A DNA stretch of 64,000 nt from Ignavibacteria bacterium (lineage in GTDB: Bacteria > Bacteroidota > Ignavibacteria > Tepidaquicellales > OLB5). The position numbers were made by a program, and so were the translations under genes. The stretch spans positions 65,050-129,049 of the forward strand of contig JADZAP010000031.1 in the NCBI GenBank assembly GCA_020852705.1. The letters run 5' to 3'. The notes below the pieces were generated by a model, which was given only the letters and a program-made list of their open reading frames with translations, was not told the origin of the DNA and ran no database searches. Shown here piece by piece: positions 58,632-64,000 of this stretch (its first letter is position 1; each line of letters begins with the position of its first letter).

Positions 58632-60209
58632 ATGAAAAAAGAAATAATCATCAATTCAAATACAGATGAAAACCGTATTGCAATTATTGAAGACGGAAAA
58701 CTTGCTGAGCTGTTCATAGAAAATGAAGAGTATGAACGGGTTATTGGCGATATTTATCTAGGCAAAGTAGCAAAAGTTATTCCCGGAATTAAAGCAGCAT
58801 TTATTGATCTGGGATTTAAACAGGATGCATTTCTGCATTTCAGTGATGTTGGCGACCAAGCTGATGATATGAAAGCAATTTTAGGACAAGACTCCGAAGT
58901 GGATGATGATGACGATGAAGATGAAACAGAAACAACCCCCAGAAAAAATCAGCATAACAAACGTAAACCAATGCCGCGGCTAGAGCGCGGTCAGAAGATA
59001 ATTGTCCAGATAACAAAAGAGCCAGTAGGCAATAAAGGCGTTCGTGTTACTTCAAAAGTTTCGCTTCCCGGTAGATACTTGGTTTTCCTTCCATTTGAAA
59101 ATAAAGTCAACGCATCAAAACAGATCCAAAACATGCGCGAAAAGCGGCGATTAAAAAATATTGTCCGCAATTACCGTATTGCTAAAGGTTTGGAGTTTGG
59201 AGCAATACTAAGAACTGTAGCAGAAGAGCAGGATGAGGCAGCAATATTAGAAGATCTTGAAGGTTTGTATAAAAACTGGAAAGAAATTGAAAAGCAGGTT
59301 AAAACCGGTGTAACTCCGCTTTTACTTTATAAAGACCTTACAGTTACAACAAGTGTTATCAGAGATCTTTTTAGAGATGATGTTGAGATTGTACGTACTG
59401 ACAGTAAAAAATTATTTAAGGAAATTCAACAGTATGTAAAAATTAATTCACCTGAGCTGCTTGATAAAGTTGAGCTATATAAAGGGAATAAAGCACTTTT
59501 TGATAATTATAACATTGAAGCAGAAATACATCTGACACTTGGCAAGCGTGTTCCATTAAAGCTTGGAGGTCATTTAGTAATAGAAAAGACCGAGGCAATG
59601 TATGTAATAGATGTTAACAGCGGTAAATATGCAAAAAGTAAGGATCAGGAAACAAATTCACTTAAAACAAATCTTGAAGCCTCTAGAGAAATTGTAAGGC
59701 AGATAAGACTTCGTGACCTTGGCGGGATTATAGTAGTAGACTTTATTGATGTATATGATGATAAGAACAAGAAAAAGGTTTATGATGAACTTAAAAAAGA
59801 ATTTAAAAAAGACAGGGCAAAGGTTACAATTCTGCCTATGTCTGAGTTTGGACTAATACAGATAACCCGCCAAAGGGTTAGAGAAAATGTTGTTCGCTCA
59901 ATAACAGAACAATGTCCCTTATGCGGCGGAAGCGGCATAATTGAAAGTTCTGATAACATTATAACCCGAATTGAACGCTGGATAAAAAGATTTAAGCTTG
60001 ATAAAAAACGAATTACAGGTAAGCTTTTACTAAAGGTACATCCAATGGTTTACAGCACACTGCGAGAAGGAACAATTAGCAGTATGACAAAAATGTCATT
60101 TAAATATCTGCTCAGGATAACACTTGAAGAAGACTCATCTCTTGCGTTTCAGGATTTCAAGTTTATACATGTCAAAACAGGCGAAGATATTACCGCAAAT
60201 TATTCATAA
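58632..60209 (+). CDS. rng: Rne/Rng-family ribonuclease (RNase G-like)
   Basis: 525 aa. S1 domain (GDIYLGKVAKVIPGIKAAFIDLG), DNase-I-like region with IDVNSG and VVDFID, Zn-link CPLCGGSG. Acidic insert DSEVDDDDDEDETE after the S1 beta-strands. Confidence 0.85.
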   Translation: MKKEIIINSNTDENRIAIIEDGKLAELFIENEEYERVIGDIYLGKVAKVIPGIKAAFIDLGFKQDAFLHFSDVGDQADDMKAILGQDSEVDDDDDEDETETTPRKNQHNKRKPMPRLERGQKIIVQITKEPVGNKGVRVTSKVSLPGRYLVFLPFENKVNASKQIQNMREKRRLKNIVRNYRIAKGLEFGAILRTVAEEQDEAAILEDLEGLYKNWKEIEKQVKTGVTPLLLYKDLTVTTSVIRDLFRDDVEIVRTDSKKLFKEIQQYVKINSPELLDKVELYKGNKALFDNYNIEAEIHLTLGKRVPLKLGGHLVIEKTEAMYVIDVNSGKYAKSKDQETNSLKTNLEASREIVRQIRLRDLGGIIVVDFIDVYDDKNKKKVYDELKKEFKKDRAKVTILPMSEFGLIQITRQRVRENVVRSITEQCPLCGGSGIIESSDNIITRIERWIKRFKLDKKRITGKLLLKVHPMVYSTLREGTISSMTKMSFKYLLRITLEEDSSLAFQDFKFIHVKTGEDITANYS

Positions 60210-60214
60210 CTGAA

Positions 60215-61834
60215 TTGAAGCTGCAAACTGACATATTGGTAATGGGCAGCGGTATAGCAGGACTTACATTTGCACTAAAAGCTGCGAGATATGCCAAAGT
60301 TTTAATTATAACAAAAAAGGAACAGGCAGAGTCAAATACCAACTATGCTCAAGGCGGAATAGCAAGTGTAATTTCAAGCGATGATTCATACAAACTTCAT
60401 ATAAAGGATACCCTTGAGACCGGAGCAGGACTTTCTCACCTTGATGCAGTTGAACAGATTGTAAAAAACGGTCCCCACTTAATTAATGAACTTATAAAGC
60501 TTGGTGTAAACTTCAGCCGCTCAAATGGGAAATTGGAACTCGGTATGGAAGGCGGTCACTCACGCAATAGAATTGTTCACGCAAAAGACCTTACAGGCAA
60601 AGAAGTTGAGCGAGCTCTTTTGTTTAATGTTTCTAAAAATAAAAATATCGCTATTCTTGAGCATCACACTGCAATTGACCTTATTACAGAACATAACTTG
60701 ATAAGGAAAAAGAAAAATAATTACACAAGTTGTTACGGAGCTTATGTTTTTGATGAACTGAATGAGAAAATAATAACAGTAATTTCAAAACTTTGTGTAA
60801 TATGTACAGGCGGAGTTGGACAGGTATATTTACATACTACAAATCCGGCAATAGCAACAGGTGATGGTATAGCAATTGGTTACAGAGCGGGCTGTAAAAT
60901 TGGCAATATGGAGTTTGTTCAGTTCCATCCTACAAGTCTTTACGAAAATAAACCGGAAGATCAAAACAGTCAGGCATTTCTTATAAGCGAAGCATTACGC
61001 GGTGCGGGTGCAATACTAAAAACCCGAAGCGGAGAAGATTTTATGCACAAATATGATGCAAGAGGTTCACTTGCTCCAAGGGATATTGCTGCTCGTGCTA
61101 TTGATAATGAGATGAAAAAATCAGGAGATGAATATGTATATTTGGATGCAGCTCAGTTGAAAGAAAAAGATATTAAAAATGAATTCCCCAACATTTATAA
61201 AAAATGTCTTTCAAAAGGTATTAATATGTTAAAAGATATGATACCGGTGGTACCTTCAGCACATTACATGTGCGGAGGGATAGTTAGCGACCTGAACGGG
61301 AAAACGTCGCTTAACAGACTTTATGTACTTGGAGAAGCATCAATGACAGGAGTACATGGTGCAAACAGATTAGCTTCAAACTCACTGTTAGAAGCATTAG
61401 TGTTTGCAGATAAGGCAGCAAAGCAATGCCGTGCAGAATTAGCAAGCAGTAAATATGTTAAGACCGAAAACATACCTGAGTGGGATTCAAGTGGCACAGA
61501 AAATACAGAAGAATGGGTGCTAATTTCTCAAAACAGAAATGAGATAAAGCAGGTAATGTCTAATTATGTAGGAATAGTAAGATCGAATCTAAGGTTAAAC
61601 CGAGCGTTACGACGCATAAAGCTCATAAAAAGTGAGATAGAAACTTTTTATAAGAAAACCAGAATAAGCAGAGAATTACTTGAGTTAAGAAATATGGCAC
61701 AGGTATCATATCTTATTATCCACTCTGCCCTGCTTCGAAGGGAATCAAGAGGGCTGCATTACAGTACTGATTATCCTAAATTAAATAAAAAATATTTAAA
61801 GGATACAATTATAACAAATTTCACAGTTAAATAA
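60215..61834 (+). CDS. nadB: L-aspartate oxidase
   Basis: 539 aa. FAD motif VMGSGIAGL. AQGGIA, HPT and RGEGA-like (LRGAGAIL) motifs. C-terminal ESRGLHY. TTG start. Confidence 0.92.
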   Translation: MKLQTDILVMGSGIAGLTFALKAARYAKVLIITKKEQAESNTNYAQGGIASVISSDDSYKLHIKDTLETGAGLSHLDAVEQIVKNGPHLINELIKLGVNFSRSNGKLELGMEGGHSRNRIVHAKDLTGKEVERALLFNVSKNKNIAILEHHTAIDLITEHNLIRKKKNNYTSCYGAYVFDELNEKIITVISKLCVICTGGVGQVYLHTTNPAIATGDGIAIGYRAGCKIGNMEFVQFHPTSLYENKPEDQNSQAFLISEALRGAGAILKTRSGEDFMHKYDARGSLAPRDIAARAIDNEMKKSGDEYVYLDAAQLKEKDIKNEFPNIYKKCLSKGINMLKDMIPVVPSAHYMCGGIVSDLNGKTSLNRLYVLGEASMTGVHGANRLASNSLLEALVFADKAAKQCRAELASSKYVKTENIPEWDSSGTENTEEWVLISQNRNEIKQVMSNYVGIVRSNLRLNRALRRIKLIKSEIETFYKKTRISRELLELRNMAQVSYLIIHSALLRRESRGLHYSTDYPKLNKKYLKDTIITNFTVK

Positions 61835-61848
61835 GAATTAGATATTTC

Positions 61849-64000
61849 ATGAGTTCAAAAAGAAATTCATTTCAAAAAGAAACAGTCTTTAAAAAAGAAA
61901 AATTAACTGTAATGCATAAGTTTGGGCTGATGTTTATTTCACTTAGTGCACTTATGCTGGAGTTCACATTAATCAGGGTGCTTTCAGTATCATTGTGGTA
62001 TCATTTTGCATTTATGATAATAAGCATAGCATTGCTTGGTATCGGGATAAGCGGTGTAACAATTATAATTTCAAAGCGTATTGCAAAAGCTGAGATAAAC
62101 TCATTTTTAACAATTACATCAATAATTTATGCAGTTTCAATCATTGCATCTTTTTCTGCAATAAATAAAATTCCCTTTGAACCATTCAGTTTACTTTTGG
62201 ATTCATCTCAGTTCATATATTTACCGGTATATTATATTTTGATCACACTCCCCTTTTTTCTTGCCGGACTTATAATAGGTCAGCTTTTTACAAGATTTAA
62301 AACAGGTATAAATGAGCTTTATTTTTATGATCTTGTTGGAGCAGGTTTAAGCTGTTTTGTTTTCATTCTTGTACTTCCGGCATTTGGCGGGTCTGGCGGA
62401 ATAGTATTTGCATCAATTTTAGCATGTTTGGGTACATTGCTTTTTGGCACACAGCCAAGCCGAAGAAAATATTTTGGTATGTTTGGTGCTATGATTATGC
62501 TGGTTATTAACGGATTATTTCTTATTAACCCTGAAACATTTCTGCCAATATATATTTCATCAAATAAAGTTTACGGAAATTATATAAAAGAGCATCCTGA
62601 CTTAATGCTTCAAACCCGCTGGAATTCGTTCAGTAAAGTAGATGTAATGAAGGATGATGGCGAGGCAGTTGATGACTATCCAGTTTACACTGCTATAATA
62701 GATGCAGGTAACTCCACAACAAACATCCCTAAAGTTCCAAACTTGCTTGACAGCGGAGCACGCCCCCCTTTTGATGCCTCGATGCTTGCAATGTATCTAA
62801 AGCGCGAAGATACAGCAAAAGTTTTTATTGTTGGCTCCGGCGGAGGAGGTGAGATACTTAGCGCATTGACAAATAATGCAAAATCAGTTACAGCGGTAGA
62901 GATAAACCCTATATTAAACCAGTTGATTGAAACAGATCTTGCTAACTACTGGACTGGTGGAATAACAAGAGATAAACGGGTTAAGATTATAACCGATGAT
63001 GCAAGAAGCTGGTTAAGAGGCAAAAGAATTAAATATGATGTTATTATCAGTGCTCATACAATTTCAGCTTCTGCAACAAACAGCGGTGCAATGAGCTTAG
63101 TAGAAAATTATATTTTAACTGAAGAAGCATTGCGTGAATACTTACAGCATTTAGATATAAACGGAATATTGTATATTACCAGACCTGAACCGCAAATGCC
63201 GAGACTTGTTGCTTCAATTAAGGAAGCACAAAAACTTAACGGAGGCAGTGACCTGAAAAATCAGTTTTATATTTTTAAAAGACCGCCTTCGGAATTTGAA
63301 AAAGATGTTAGTTATTTAACAGGTGTACTATTTAAAAAGAGCGGTTTTGATGAATTTGATATTCAGAAACTTAAAACTATGGCTGCACTTCTGAATCTTG
63401 AAACTATATATGACCCTACTTCAAAACAGGAAGGAATATTTAAGGATATTATTGAATCAAACAATATAAATGATATTGCAGGAAAATATCCAGTATTAAA
63501 GCTATATCCTGCAACTGATGATAATCCGTATTTTGAGCATAACACAGATTTTACAAAGATAAATTTTGGCAGCATAAAAGAATCTTTTTCGCAAGGTGAT
63601 CGTGCAATGCTTTCATTAGTGCAAAAACCTGTTGCTGAGTCAACTTTAGTAATTTTACTTGTTCAAACTATATTAATTTCAGCGCTGCTTATTTTTTTAC
63701 CGATATATGTTAAGTTCCGCAAAGATCCTGAAATAAAAAAAGTGAAAAAGGGAAAATATATTATTTACTTTGCACTGCTTGGGCTTGGTTATATTATAAT
63801 AGAAATTTGTTTGATACAGAAATTCACTTTATTTTTAGGTCAGCCGGTTTATACAATGCTTACTGTGATTTCAACAATGCTTATATTTTCAGGTATCGGA
63901 AGTATGCTGAGCGATAAGGTAATTGGACTGGTTAAAAATGTAAAGGTAATTTATATTATAATAGCCGTTTTAACAGCGGTTATTGGACTTGCAAATGCAG
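61849..64000 (+). CDS. polytopic membrane protein with central spermidine-synthase-like (class I SAM-dependent) domain; partial, continues beyond the window
   Basis: Open frame from ATG 61849 to the window end, so not in the ORF track because it has no stop. About 7 N-terminal TM helices, central FIVGSGGGGEI...VEINP...DDARSWL...YDVIISA fold, then further C-terminal TM helices. Confidence 0.7.
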   Translation, partial: MSSKRNSFQKETVFKKEKLTVMHKFGLMFISLSALMLEFTLIRVLSVSLWYHFAFMIISIALLGIGISGVTIIISKRIAKAEINSFLTITSIIYAVSIIASFSAINKIPFEPFSLLLDSSQFIYLPVYYILITLPFFLAGLIIGQLFTRFKTGINELYFYDLVGAGLSCFVFILVLPAFGGSGGIVFASILACLGTLLFGTQPSRRKYFGMFGAMIMLVINGLFLINPETFLPIYISSNKVYGNYIKEHPDLMLQTRWNSFSKVDVMKDDGEAVDDYPVYTAIIDAGNSTTNIPKVPNLLDSGARPPFDASMLAMYLKREDTAKVFIVGSGGGGEILSALTNNAKSVTAVEINPILNQLIETDLANYWTGGITRDKRVKIITDDARSWLRGKRIKYDVIISAHTISASATNSGAMSLVENYILTEEALREYLQHLDINGILYITRPEPQMPRLVASIKEAQKLNGGSDLKNQFYIFKRPPSEFEKDVSYLTGVLFKKSGFDEFDIQKLKTMAALLNLETIYDPTSKQEGIFKDIIESNNINDIAGKYPVLKLYPATDDNPYFEHNTDFTKINFGSIKESFSQGDRAMLSLVQKPVAESTLVILLVQTILISALLIFLPIYVKFRKDPEIKKVKKGKYIIYFALLGLGYIIIEICLIQKFTLFLGQPVYTMLTVISTMLIFSGIGSMLSDKVIGLVKNVKVIYIIIAVLTAVIGLANA

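Overview
AT-rich (by eye roughly one-third GC) bacterial chromosome segment, almost entirely core housekeeping genes. A T9SS-type C-terminal sorting domain, recurrent TTG-N20-TAnnTTTG promoter-like motifs and the gene content suggest an FCB-group organism, possibly Ignavibacteria-like; this is inference only. Recognisable blocks: a 2-oxoacid dehydrogenase E2 gene and a DEAD-box helicase; purM-asd-lat; ffh and the rpsP-KH-trmD-rplS operon; murI-pyrE; a PpiD-like chaperone, an OMP, an S8 protease and birA. The large tRNA(Tyr,Thr,Gly)-rpmG-tRNA(Trp)-secE-nusG-rplKAJL-rpoBC cluster follows. After it come folC, an ECF sigma/anti-sigma module, envelope genes (SLT, PAP2, DUF3108-like, GT9), an M19 dipeptidase, dnaG, an NfeD-stomatin operon, rho, RNase G, nadB and a partial membrane spermidine-synthase-like gene running off the 3' end. 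I found no convincing novel multi-gene system such as a defence island, CRISPR array, prophage or toxin-antitoxin pair. The most unusual material is non-coding. (1) A decayed GIY-YIG nuclease ORF is bracketed by inverted arrays of a 48-49 bp hairpin repeat whose stems differ by a compensatory change. (2) A 100-bp tandem hairpin repeat downstream of lat has a related single copy inside the nfeD-stomatin operon. Smaller oddities: a very Trp-rich secreted protein, a GT9 glycosyltransferase whose conserved N-terminus has no canonical start codon, a minimal pore-loop channel-like protein with a non-canonical filter, and a probable leaderless purM. All calls come from reading the supplied translations and the sequence by eye. 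No database search was run.
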